Below are positions 1 to 11,816 of a DNA stretch of 64,000 bases, piece by piece. Origin of the DNA: Phoronis australis (lineage: Eukaryota; Animalia; Phoronida). Position 1 is the stretch's first letter. Every line of letters starts with the position of its first letter. The translations under genes and the position numbers were made by a program. The notes below the pieces were generated by a model. It saw only the letters and a list, made by a program, of their open reading frames with translations. It did not search any database and had not been told where the DNA came from. The stretch is taken from the NCBI GenBank assembly GCA_002633005.1, contig NMRA01000425.1, positions 12,883-76,882 on the forward strand, written 5' to 3'.

Positions 1-91
1 ATGGATGATGGAGGTGCCTATTGATTTCACAGATGAATGGCTGATGGTTGCTTGTCCTGTAGGAAAGAGGGCGCTAGTAGTGGCATCTCGG
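1..91 (+). CDS. SNUPN: Snurportin-1, internal exon (5' part lies outside the window)
   Basis: Frame 2 reads WMMEVPIDFTDEWLMVACPVGKRALVVASR, matching the snurportin m3G-cap-binding domain motif (W..V.CPVGKRAL.VASRG). GTAAGC donor at 92. Confidence 0.93.
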
Positions 92-641
92 GTAAGCCAA
101 GGCTTCTTTAACTGAAGGTTGCTTGGAAGTGAGCCACACACTCAAGCCACACACTGTATACTGCCCCCTATTGCTGTTTTATAGAATTGGCTGCTTTGGA
201 GTGTTGCTAGACACAGTGACCATCTAGATAACAAGTGACTTTTGAACTTAAATTGCCTGTTCATTGTTGCTTGAGGTCATGGTCAGTGCATAAAATCGTG
301 CTCTTTCAATAAGAAGTTGTCCATTTCTGTGTGACGCTATCATGTAGGAATAGCTATTCATATATGCATTGTAACACCGTACGGAAAATGACGAATAGTA
401 TTGTATCGAGTGAGCATGCACAAAATGACCCTCCAGGTCAAGCAAACTTACCGAGTAATGTTTGAGCCTTAGCAGACTGTCACTTTTCCTTAGACTAGAA
501 TTCATTCATATCTAATCATTTCGCTGAGAGCTGGGCGATTGCAGATTTAGGTTTGTATCCCGTTGGAGTACTCGCTATTAGTATTTGGATGGAATTGTAA
601 TCTCTATTAAATTATTAAATGAATTCAGTTCTTTTAACTAG

Positions 642-747
642 GGCAAGACGCATAATTACACTAAAAGTGGTTATCGTGTGAACAGCTTCCCTTCACATCT
701 CCCAGGTGGCAGCAGGAGTCAGTTGGGCCCTGGCAGTATGTCAACAG
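642..747 (+). CDS. SNUPN: Snurportin-1 exon
   Basis: AG at 640-641; reads GKTHNYTKSGYRVNSFPSHLPGGSRSQ (YTKSGY.VN.F.S.LPGG motif). Phase-1 donor at 748; an alternative phase-1 donor at 736 is also possible. Confidence 0.85.
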
Positions 748-1887
748 GTATATCTCGTACTATTGAGCTTATGGCTTAAAGTTTATATTTTGTTCTAATC
801 TGTGGCAATGTGACACTGATTGCTTTAGATATGAATGCGTGCCAATGTTGAGGTCTAAACTTTTACCAGAAGAAATCAGCTGTCAGAAATGAATACTGCA
901 ACATTTCGTGCAAAGTCATCAAGTCCTGATTATTAGGCAAATTCTTAGCCTAAAAGACATTGAAAGAATTTAGCAATCGCGATTCTATGGTAAGTAAAAT
1001 GAAAAAAAGATTTTCAAGTTTTGTGTGAAAAGCAATATCCACAAAAATTGCATTTGTTGGAAAAAATATGTTCACCAGACTGCACTATGTGAGCTTTGTT
1101 TTTTATGCACACAACGTCTTAATCATCAATGATTTTCAAAATATATGGTTTGATGACTTAAAAAATTAGCATTTAAAAGATAATTACATTTTAGAAACTT
1201 GATCCTTGCTGTTAACAACAGGCACGTAGTAAGATAAAGCAACCATGAACGCATTTCGTGTGATGAAATCAAGTTTTGATCCAGACCTGACCTCCTTCCG
1301 CCATGAAAATGATCTCATTGAATATTTCCTTAAACAAAAGTGGTTTGATTTCATGGAGTAGAAAGAACTAACATCTTGTTATTGCTTTAGGTTAGGCTCT
1401 ACCAGTTAACTTGTCATTTGATTCACTGAACATGGTCCCAAGCAATAACGAAGGCTTAGTTCTTTGAAAGACCAGAAATCACATTACATCTGAGTACGAA
1501 ACAAGTTGAGACGTTTTTATAGTGGTCAGTGCTCTATATCAAAAATAACTTCCATGTAACTTTAAAGTCAAGTGTGACAACTCAATCAAGACGTTGTGCT
1601 AGGTTAGCAGGTCCTGTGTTCAAGTCTCGGTTGGGGCAGAAATCTTTTCAGACTTCTTTGTAGGTCATTTGACGTGGCCAGCAGGTGGCGTGCTGACCCC
1701 ACTTAGAAATGTTTACGTTATACATTTCCACGCTAGTTTAAGGTTTATAGAGAGCAAGCCATGGTCTATTGCACATGCATTTTGATTTGTTGCAAAACTT
1801 CATGAAAGAAAGGAACAATAAGTTGAAACTGCATTTGGTTAGCACCCCTATCAGGGGTACAAGTTGTTGTTTTGTTACGCATTACAG

Positions 1888-1985
1888 ACAGCACCATTTT
1901 GGACTGTATATACTGTGAAAAAGAAAGTACTTTCTTTGTTCTGGACGTCATGTGTTGGAACGGTCATCCAGTTATGGACAGTGAG
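1888..1985 (+). CDS. SNUPN: Snurportin-1 exon
   Basis: ttacag acceptor; (D)STILDCIYCEKESTFFVLDVMCWNGHPVMDSE (TILDCIY..VLDVMCW.GHP motif); GTAAGC donor at 1986. Confidence 0.93.
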
Positions 1986-2316
1986 GTAAGCTATGCAGTA
2001 ACTGTTCTTTGCTTATTTCTTTGTTTATTTGTTGCGAAGTGGTGGTATCTGTTTGTTGTTACACATTTTATCAAATCATTGACAACTTGCATTTTAGTTA
2101 AATGCATAAGCTGTTCCACAGTGCGTCACTGCACGTGAGGAAAGTAATCGGACACAATACCATCACGACGGCTAATGGCGCTAACAGCAAGAACTTGTAA
2201 TGCCTATTAGAGCGACTAAATTCTAATTGAAGAATGGATCAACCACCTTGCTAACTTTTGTCTTGATTCTCCCTCACTCTCGGCCAGAAGGAAATCTACT
2301 CTGACGATGAACTTGG

Positions 2317-2400
2317 CTTCTGCACAGCTGTCATGGCAGGGTCTTCTGCACAGCCGTCATGGCAGGGTCTTCTGCACAGCCGTCATGGCAGGGTCTTCTG
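2317..2400. repeat. Intronic 26-bp minisatellite, about 3.2 copies
   Basis: Unit ttctgcacagccgtcatggcagggtc repeated directly. Confidence 0.9.
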
Positions 2401-2587
2401 GATTGTTTCATCTGATTACTTTTGGCTTGTTCTGTACTACAGATTTCTTTGATGACATCACTCGAATTCTTGGTGTTGGTCTTATATAGCATGCTAAGTT
2501 ATTACTTGACAGAATATTCTTGGACATCATACAAAAAGATTTATTGTTAGTGGATTATTGTTTGATAATTTCTGGGCTTTTCTTCAG

Positions 2588-2665
2588 ACAGAGTTCAGGT
2601 TTTTCTGGATGCTCTCAAAATTGCAAGAGTGCCCCGAGGCCAGTAGCCAGTCATCAGTGAATCCA
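2588..2665 (+). CDS. SNUPN: Snurportin-1 exon
   Basis: cttcag acceptor; TEFRFFWMLSKLQECPEASSQSSVNP (T.FRF.WM.SKL motif); GTAAGT donor at 2666. Confidence 0.92.
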
Positions 2666-3359
2666 GTAAGTACAATTAAATTAATTTAATTTAATCTAGT
2701 TTCAGGGTGGAGTATTATCTTTATCAATTAAACTCCATGCTGAAGTTGGTAGATTTGGCATATGGTGGTGATGCCATTTTTCAAATGCATTGTTGGATGG
2801 TTGACAGCAGTTAAACATCCGGTAACGCAATCAATAACTTGTGGATTTGTCACTCAACTCACAATTTGCGTTTTAGTTGGCGAAATTTCACTTCAGTGTG
2901 TTTGGATGACTCATGCTTTGATAATCCTTTACTTAAAAGACTTTCTGATCTACTGTCTGTTGCATTTTCAAGCTCGTTTTCAATCTTTTTAAGACAGTGT
3001 TCTTTAATGGTGAGTTTGTGGTGCTCACAATAAAAAAGCTTTGTACAGAAGACTCGTGCTTTCAATTCTGATGCACCAAAATGACAACTGTTACAGTATA
3101 GTAACTGTCATATTTGTCTTCATGTTGTTTGCACGTCACCAAGTTATCTGTGATGTCATTGGACGGCCAACAGCAGTCCGACTATGCATTTAAAAACATC
3201 AGCAGTGCCGCAGATGAAATCCCTGGAATTATTCTAAAATTTATTTCTAAGTGGCTTTATTGTGTTACTGCTGTATACTAGAGACTAATTAAATGTAAAT
3301 TGCTGTGAGATCAGTATCCTTAATGTTATTCATACTCAATGTTCCCTTTTTGTTTACAG

Positions 3360-3440
3360 TATAAATTTGTCCCTTTAATGAGTTGTCCATGTTCACAAGA
3401 TCTCATGTCACAAGTACTCAACTCGGATTTGCCATACGAG
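3360..3440 (+). CDS. SNUPN: Snurportin-1 exon
   Basis: ttacag acceptor; YKFVPLMSCPCSQDLMSQVLNSDLPYE; GTATGT donor at 3441. Confidence 0.9.
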
Positions 3441-3779
3441 GTATGTAAAATGTCTCTAAGAATATGCCCAAATTTGGTAACAAATCAAATTATTTTCAAG
3501 GTCATTATTGCTGAACTGTGATCTGCTAACAGTAAATAGTGAACTGGGTGACGTGTAAATAGTGAAGTGGGTGACGTGTAAAACATTTTTTTTCTTTTAA
3601 AGTGATTAAAAACTTAAGCCTTAAACTGGTTTCATGATACAGGACCGAGAAATCTGTCAGGTTTGCATCAACACCAAGTAGAATAATTGAAATTGTTGTT
3701 CAAAACACTTGCAAGGCAACTATGTGCACACGAACTGGAAACTCACCTACAAAGTTTCATGTCTCACTACTTTTTACAG

Positions 3780-4082
3780 CTGGACGGAATACTTTTCTAT
3801 CACAAACGGACTCATTACCTATTCGGTGTAACCCCCCTTGTACTGTGGCTGAAAGCATACATGGTACCGGAGCTGCTTGGGATCAAAGTTCACAATAAGT
3901 ATATGCAGGATATACCATCAACGTATACATGTTTTGGTGCTCACATTGAACAAGTGAAGCGAGACAAAGAAGAAAATAAAACAGAGAAGACTAGGAGGAA
4001 TCCAAAGGTCAAAAATGGATCTGACAAAATGGACACAACACACACTGATTCAGTTCCTTTTAAAGAAGGCTGGGAGAGCTGA
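3780..4082 (+). CDS. SNUPN: Snurportin-1 last coding exon
   Basis: ttacag acceptor; [34 protein letters not shown] (DG.LFYHK.THY..G.TPLV.WL..YM motif), running to TGA at 4080-4082. Confidence 0.92.
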   Translation: MDGILFYHKRTHYLFGVTPLVLWLKAYMVPELLGIKVHNKYMQDIPSTYTCFGAHIEQVKRDKEENKTEKTRRNPKVKNGSDKMDTTHTDSVPFKEGWES

Positions 4083-4904
4083 ACTGAGGAACTTAGAAGT
4101 GTTTTTAGGACCGGTTTTCAACATAATTCTACTGGTTCTCATTGATTTTCAAAAAAAATACAAATTTCTGGGTGTTCAATGGCATGTTTCACTAAGATGT
4201 CGTAATTAAGCTACACTGTTTATGCAGCATAACCTGTGACTACGACCAGTCATTAGTTGTGGTGTAAGCTTCCATGTAAATTTTTATCAGAAACATTTAG
4301 TTTCTTCATTTTAGTGAAACAGGTTCCTGGTTTCGTAGAAACTCGAACTTGCATCGTAACATTAAAACAACATGTTTTTTCTCAAAATCGTTGTGCCTGT
4401 ATTTTGGTACATATGTTTAAGCTTCATATACATTACATGTCACAGGCGGCAATCTTTGGCCATCTTTAGTATATTTGCATGTCTAGCAAAAAGAAAATGT
4501 TATTAGTAGATACCAACTTGAATGTCTGGTTAGATTTTCAATTTTGTATCAGTGATAAGTCAAGTTTCACTTACATGCTATTTTAAAAAGTTGCTGTTCA
4601 CTCAAGAGATACAGGGACAGACATATGCGCTTCATTCCAGATAAAGCCTACTTTGACATACATGTGCTTGCATTAAAATATTTGCAAATGGTAAGCAAGG
4701 AAAAGAATAACGATTAAATTTAGTGCTTTCTACGGAAGAAACAGGCCTTGGTGCAGTGCACTTACCCTTATAATACTGATCTCTTCCTGTACCATACTCT
4801 ATTTACAAGTACTCTATGGGCTTAAAGGCGAAGGCAACCTATTTATGAGTAATCTATGGGGTTAAGAGGAATTGAAGGTCATTAAAATTTTCTGACCAAG
4901 TTCC

Positions 4905-5480
4905 CACGGATGGTGTGTAGCCTTTCTATGTGTCATCCGGGTATTATCTTTTATGGATGAGAATAGTATTTATGTTGAAGTTATGAGCTACAAAACAGTA
5001 AAATATGTTGTGTTTTTTGATTATATGTTTCGAGTGGAAAAGACGTGTCTGTGTAGTTGCCGTTTTGTAATTCAAAACTTTGCTGAATGTTGACATTGTC
5101 CAGTTCGATTTGGAAGCACACTGTAATTTATTGACCGATCTCTGTTACATACTTGCTACACTCTCTGCTTCACTGCTTGTTGTGGAACTGTCAACCGTCG
5201 TGAAATATCAAATAGCTTTTTAACTGGACATTTTTACCTGTAAAAGTACACATTTGCCCATTCATAGATGACTGAGCAATCTTGAAATTGCCTGAAACGT
5301 GAATTTTCTTTAAAAAATACCTTTCAAGCAGATCCTGGCAAATCTACTTCTTGACCATGCTAACGCAAGAGTTTTTCATTTTAAAAATTACAAAAATTTC
5401 TAAAAGAAATCATCAAATTCACTATTATCAGTGCATAATTGCCGTTGTTTTGTTGACATCAAAGGTCAAAATCACATTTT
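4905..5480. repeat. Shared downstream block of the duplicated gene unit (also at about 23570-24140 and 61420-61990)
   Basis: Collinear diverged sequence from 'ctatgtgtcatccggg' to 'gttgacatcaaa' occurs 3' of copies A, B and F. Confidence 0.8.
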
Positions 5481-6532
5481 CCATATAAAGGAAACGTGCT
5501 ACGTTTATATTTTGCAATTGACCAAGCGTAAGCTCCGCCTCCTTGCGTAATGTCGACTAACAAACAATAAGTTTTACCCGGCAACGTGTAGGCGGCTTGG
5601 AAACGAAGGTGTGTCAATAATGTTGCGTTCTAAATGGCCACTTAAGCCGTCACTCAAAATCCTGACGATTGGTCAATACCAAACAAGGTATTGCATTGGG
5701 TTGCCACTTTAATTCATGCCACAAAATGTCTCGTAACATTTTTAAACCACGTGGCCGCCACTTGCTTGAAGTGAGTCATTTTCAACTTGAGCATAACTTC
5801 CGGAAGAAAAAACAGTAGTAGATTTCTTATTTGAAAAATATTCATTTTTTGTTAGTGGTTGGAATTTTTGTGTCCCAAATTATTTACCCTCAAATAATTG
5901 ATTAACTAATTAACTTCCCTTTTGAATCACCATAAAGGTTTGACTGCCATTATACCCGTCGGTCGACAGTAAAACAAAAAAATAGAAAAATACTCGGACA
6001 TGACCGTGTAATATATGTGCATAATTTACGTCGCAAATCAACACTGGCACTTAAGAGAAGCCGGTGTCTCAAACTGGTAACAGTGTCAAAAATGGAAAGC
6101 ATTGAAGTGGCTCCTAAACACTCAAGTGTGTCATAGAATTACATTCAACTGGAGTCAATCCAGTCAACTTAGACATTTTGGGCACCAATAACGTTTTTAA
6201 AGCCTGCAATGCCCAGTAATGAAAATTGTGGTTGAAAATTGATACAGTATAAGACTTCACGAAGATTGAAAATTCCCTGGATGTTGTTTTTGGGAAATCA
6301 ATAGTATCGTTGATTTTCTCCGTAGAGAGAAACTTACCGGAAATAAAATGTTCATCTAAAATTAACCAATGAAAAATACAACACAATAATTATATTCAAG
6401 CATAAAAATTTATTAACTTTCAAGTTTGAATGGTCGTTTTAACGACCATAGTTAAAAATAGCATCTAAATTTAATCAGTGCTTTTCAATATTCTTAATTG
6501 CATGTAGCTTAAGCCGTGTCATGGGCACCGTG

Positions 6533-6630
6533 CTATTTTGACTTAAGTTCACATATGTAACGTGCTTTGTCGCTACAGCCCTTGATTTCCATGTTCTGGG
6601 TACTGGGATTGAAAACCTCGCATGCTGCAT
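6533..6630 (-). CDS. Copy A exon 3: C-half of C-type lectin fold
   Basis: ctctttcag acceptor, phase 1; (D)AACEVFNPSTQNMEIKGCSDKARYICELKSK* has the terminal C-x7-C/YICE pattern of CTL domains. Not in the ORF track. Confidence 0.72.
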
Positions 6631-7450
6631 CTGAAAGAGACAACAGTCACGTGGTATGAGTAATACAGTAACAGTCAGAAGATAGAGTTGCCCCTTACTT
6701 ACTTGAAAACACCGCAATTCATTGTTAGTGAAAGAAATTTGTTGTTTGAAATGATAAATATAATTAAAGAAACACAATTTTGGTGCGGGCTTAGTATTTT
6801 GTGTTTTGCCTCAAACAAAACTTCGAGTGCAATAGAGTGTCTGTGATTTTTGACCTCAGTGGCACTAATGTTAATTTCATTCAGACAGTTGCATGTACTT
6901 GGCACATGCAGGGAGACAGGTTCCAACTTCTTCGGAAACGATCAAAATCAAATCAGTCGACATACCATTTGACTGGGGTTTGTAGGGTTTATGCGTCCCC
7001 CATTTTTCGTCAGAAATGTGTGATCCCCTTACATCTAAACGCGATCCGGCACCAGTAAAATACGGAACATGAAGTTCATTACAGAATCAATTATTTATAC
7101 GCCAGGTTCTCAAAAACCATAAACGCATGACTGCTATGTAAGTTGATGTACACTTCACGTGTCTCATAAACGAGGATTTTGAACGTGAAGTTAATTCCAC
7201 AACGCAGTGGTAATGTATAGTGAACAATTTAGCAATTTGTAATCAGTACAGAGGGAACTTCTTGTCCAATGACTACACTTAAAAGATACAACTAAACGTA
7301 CATGATCCGTTTATTTAAAAACACAGCTTTATTTTAAATGAACAATACTACTACAGTTTGTTACACAGTGTTCATATTTAAATATTCAGCAACAAGGCCG
7401 ACAATCTATAGGAGTCAAATTTTGAAACGAGGAAAATAGTAAATTCTTAC

Positions 7451-7984
7451 CAACAACGCTCCACACCTCAACGTCGGTCCATTTAATTTCCTTTCCACAG
7501 CCCGCGAGTGTGCCGCTGTAGGTGGATTTACTGCAGTAGCCGTTAGACGGGAAGTACTTGTTGGAGCTGTCATACGAGATGCTACCACTGAAGAACTTCA
7601 GGTCGTAACCCCCGCCAAATGCTGGACCATGCTTGTACTCATCGTACATACCGTACACTTGATATCCGCTCTTCAGGCGGTAACTGGCCGATGTACATCC
7701 TTGTCTACACAGCTGAAACACGAATGTGTTGTTGTCGTACTTGTAAAAATCGACACTTGTCCAGGAGAGAGAGGTATAACCACCGAACGTGGTTCCGCTC
7801 GTTGAATCTTTCCCAATAGAGATGGTTGGGCCCTTGTTGTTGCATCTGCTGTGAAATACTGAAGCGTTCATTCCATCACGTGATGCCCGGTACAGGAGCT
7901 TGAATGTCTTTCCCGGGAACCATTCTCTCAGCAAAGCTGCGTGGGCTTTAGTTAACAGGCTTGAACAAAGAATGGCTCCCATGT
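7451..7984 (-). CDS. Copy A exon 2: TLDc domain
   Basis: LLYRASRDG...FHSRCNNKGPT...FGGYTS.SW...FVF...GPAFGGGYDL...DVEVW motifs. tttcag acceptor and G|GTAAGA donor; 534 nt, phase 1-1. Confidence 0.88.
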
Positions 7985-8394
7985 CTGAAATTCAAACGTA
8001 TCTTAGGTGTATCATTCGTGTTCAGTCCAAAGTGATAGTGCAATTTTCGCTATTGGAATTATATCTTAACAACCAAAATGGTAGTACGCGAAGTATTAGT
8101 TTACACCATTTTTGTGAAATGAACAGCCAAAAACGGTTCCACAATTAAACGTGAAACCTGAGGAGATTATTCCTCAACGAAACGAACGTAAGTAAAAATG
8201 TTACGCTTAAAAACAACAGTTACTTGTCTGAATGAAGCCTAAAATAGCATAGTGTATACAGCTAGTTGAAAGATGATGGGATTTTGAACTAAGCACATGT
8301 GTTAACTAGGTGGCCATGCATCTTCTGGAGTCGAATATTTCTTTAACTAGAATGCTTCTCAAAATTTGACAATGAACGCCATTGGCATTAATAC

Positions 8395-8902
8395 CTTTTC
8401 CCATATCTTTACTTTCAGCCCATATGGTGTCGCCAATTTTCAACGATTCTTGACCAAGGAGAGATCTCAAGCGGTGAGAGTCCATAGAGACTAAATGAGA
8501 ATTATCTTCAAGGCATTTTCGTCTCGCTGTTTCCCAATTCACTGAATCGTTGCTCAGTTTGAAACAGGAATGTCCAAAGTAACGATATTGACTCGGGCAG
8601 TATTGTTTACATAGATTGCGTTCGAGTGAAGACGACGACATTTCGCGCTGGAGTATAACTTCCTGAAGTAATTCGGTAGCATATGGAAAAGTATTAAGGA
8701 AGTTTTCAAGTTCCGTGTGAAAATGATTCACGATTTTTAGAACGGCCGATTGGAAATTCCGATTGTTTTTTTCTTCCTCTTTCAGTAAAGAGATGACGGA
8801 GTCTTCGATAACACATCCCTTCTCCACAGGCGAAGCCGCTTGGAGACACGTGACTTCATGACACAGCACAACGATCGTAAGTAGGAGATTAGCTCTGGAC
8901 AT
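8395..8902 (-). CDS. CTL/TLDc gene copy A exon 1: signal peptide, one coiled-coil unit, N-half of C-type lectin fold
   Basis: MSRANLLLTIVVLCHEVTCLQA hydrophobic leader; YCPSQYRYFGHSCFKLSNDSVNWETARRKCLEDNSHLVS...IWAESKDMGK; AAG|GTATTA phase-1 donor. Length 508 nt = 3n+1. Confidence 0.75.
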
Positions 8903-9699
8903 TTTGCTTACAAGTATAGGCCTATCTAACGAACATGTATGAGGAGACGTTTCAGTACAACACTTAGGAGCAGCAAATGACTTCAACCTTAGATCATCAT
9001 TCGAGCTTGTGAAAATGATGCAATAGTAACACACTTTTATAAGTTTCTGATTAGTACACCATCTCGTAATAAGGAGATGTTTTTTACTTTGGACGGATGC
9101 ATTGAGATTAGATAAATTCATGAACAATGTGAAGTGTTTGGCTGCCAAATACAGCTGTAGGCATACACGCATGTTTGATGATATATATGCAAGCAAACCA
9201 ATGAGGAAAGGGATGTTAACAGATACGCCTGATCTATGAAGATATCCCCGCACCTCCAAGTAAGTCACATTGTGGTGTCGACTAACATCGGGATGCTGAT
9301 TTCCATATTCCATCTGACTGCAGAGGATTCTGAAAGGAGTCCTGGCATTTCGTAAAGAAGCCCAACGTAAACGCATGCGTGCGATGTGACACGTATGTTT
9401 AACGCATTCATACTTAATGGTTGCCTCGATAACTGTGTAAGAATGATAAAAGAGTGCCTTGGAACAGTAAAGATACTCATGAAAACATGGGAATCAAAAA
9501 TGCAAAGCAAACAACGTGTTAGCTGAACATACGTGAACACATGTATGTAAAACTTATTTTAAAGGCGTGAGAACCAGCACGGCATTCTTGATTACAACAT
9601 CATGAGGCCAAAATTGAACTATTTTAAAAATATAACACGAACAAAATGTTTTAAAACCATGTTTTTCGTCTGTGCTATATTTTTGCGCAAGTAAGACGT

Positions 9700-11258
9700 T
9701 TACTACGCAAGCCAACACCTGCGTGTGATTACCAAATGCCACCTGACTAGAACGACGTCTTTCGTGGAAATGCAATTGTTGGAAGTGTATAAACTGCATG
9801 CTTATGAAATGGACAATATTACAAAGAAGACTACGGATAGCCATAAAATGAGTAAAGTTTAAAACACCATAATTTGTTAAATTGATAAGAATCAACCAAG
9901 AAAAAGTTATTATTAGTTTAATTAATTCAAATTGTTATGGACTTTCAACATGGCGGCTTGTCCTGAGACGTGTTTGTGAACACTGCTGTCATTTTATCCT
10001 CGAAGCCTGTATTGAAAAACCAAACATTGAAAGTACCCCAGCTGTATCAAGCAAAAGTGCACCTGCAGCAACCAACGCAAGCAATAGAGGGCGCCGTACA
10101 TAGAGGAGTCAGTCTAGTGAGAAGTTTAAAGTTGCCATTATTAGATATATGCGCTAGGAAGATGTTTAAAGATTTTCTGGATGAATTAAAAGGTTCGTAA
10201 AATCTTCAATACCCTCAAGCTCAAGTTTCACAAAGATTCAACGTGTCCAGCAAGAACTAGTCCCTCAGAAACAAGCAGATGAATCACTGGAGAAAGAGCT
10301 TGACCACTTGGTTCAGTACCATCGGCGAAATTCTTTCGTGGTAAGCAGTATCCCTGAAACAGGTGACATTATTTTAGCACGTGCTAGTACGAAGGGATCC
10401 AATGTTACCCAGGCAATCAAGGTACTAACAAGGAGTGGACATCATGGCAAAATTTACGAATTATTAGCCTATGCTCATGCCAACTTTATATTATTCTGCC
10501 ATAGAACGCGAAAAACAAGACTAAGTTGCATTCTCATGATGCCAAAGCACTTTCGTATGGAGGCCCATTAATTAGTGCCAGGAAAGGTAAAACTGGAATC
10601 TGCTAATGTATAATACCGATTGTCAATCTTTTAATACAGATTGGCAATCTGTCGTACGGATTGGCAATATGTTAATACGGATTGCCAATATGTTAATACG
10701 GATTGCCAATATGTTAATACGGATTGTTGATCCGTTAATACAGATTGTCAATCTGTTGTTTTGAATTGTCAATCTGGAAATTACGGCAATCTGTTGGTAA
10801 GAAATGGTAATCAATTGGCTACGACCAGTGGCTCATACAGGAAGCATGGAACTGGAAGTGCCGTCAATCGACATCTGAAAAATTTGTTGAACTAGTCCGG
10901 AATTTGACTACTGAGCACTGCACGATGCTTTAGGGACTAAGTCGGTATTCGTACCACATTTTTATACCAGGATCTAATACGTATGCTGTGTCCTGCATCC
11001 CAGTACTAATAGAACGTGTATGCATTTTCTCCAAACTGCTTCCTAGGGGGAGCTTTTGGACATGGACGTGCGTCCAAGGTTGTAACAACAATGAAAAGGT
11101 AGACGAAGAAGTAACACAGCAAACTACATTATGTGCCTGCCACACATATCATTGCCATTTAGTTCGAGTAAAATTGAAATTTGAGAACACAAAAATTTAA
11201 TGCATTTTCACTACGATTTATGAAGATTTCATACTAGTCATCACTGGAAGGGGTTCTT
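9700..11258. repeat. Near-identical duplicated block 1 (second copy 15767-17279)
   Basis: Direct sequence match and duplicated ORFs in the track (9882/15949, 10308/16375). The second copy begins right after an N at 15766. Contains a LINE ORF1-like remnant (ELDHLVQYHRRNS..VSSIPE). Confidence 0.92.
10615..10790. repeat. 21-bp minisatellite (acggattgccaatatgttaat)
   Basis: Tandem units are visible; the duplicate at about 16675-16810 has two fewer units. Confidence 0.85.
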
Positions 11259-11816
11259 TCATCAATCTATTTTTATTCAAGATTTTGTGGGAATGCACGC
11301 AAGTTACATCTACGCAAATGTCTACTAGTGGAAAGTGGAATGTAGATGCCAGGCAAATAGTTTAAATTCACGACCGTAACCAGCTCATAGGCTGGAGCCA
11401 GACGCTGGACCGAAATAATCCACGAATCACAACGGTATAAATCTTTCATAATTTTGGAACAGACAAAACAGAACAAGTATTATTTACCAGAAATAAAAAA
11501 ATCCAGTTAGCATGACAGTAATTAGATATTATCGTTCCTGACAAACGCAAGTCGACCAATGAAATCAGTTACCGCAATTCGAAACTTGGCTTAATTTGAC
11601 AGCCAGGGTAAAGAATTGCAGTTCGAGACAGATATTACTCGACACAGATGGTTAGAAAATCAAATCGTGATTTAATAAAGGCTGAAATCAGAACTGTCCA
11701 AAGACTGAGTAGGCTCCGATTTGGCTTCAATCGCCGAAGACGCCGGTGCGAAACGGTTAAGTTCGTACGACCTCAGAATACGAAAATCTGCCGATATGGC
11801 GAGGTCATTACCATTA

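Noticed and set aside
1580-1730. tRNA gene in a SNUPN intron
   Set aside because: Only a B-box-like gttcaagtc is present with no cloverleaf; at most a decayed SINE.
7386-7982. Stand-alone single-exon TLDc gene starting at the ATG just after the acceptor
   Set aside because: The segment is bounded by conserved splice sites, the tails after VEVW differ between copies, and copy D has AGG in place of the ATG. Not fully excluded without RNA data.
8280-8330. Programmed readthrough or frameshift completing a CTL within exon 1
   Set aside because: The frame is not conserved across copies; the upstream donor plus exon 3 explains the missing cysteines more simply.
8306-9376. 356-aa single-exon ORF as the real protein
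   Set aside because: The part upstream of M at 8902 is not open in the paralogues, and the part after GK|G diverges and stops differently in each copy, as expected for an intron.
10615-10790. CRISPR-like array
   Set aside because: Contiguous 21-bp tandem units with no unique spacers and no cas genes, in eukaryotic DNA.
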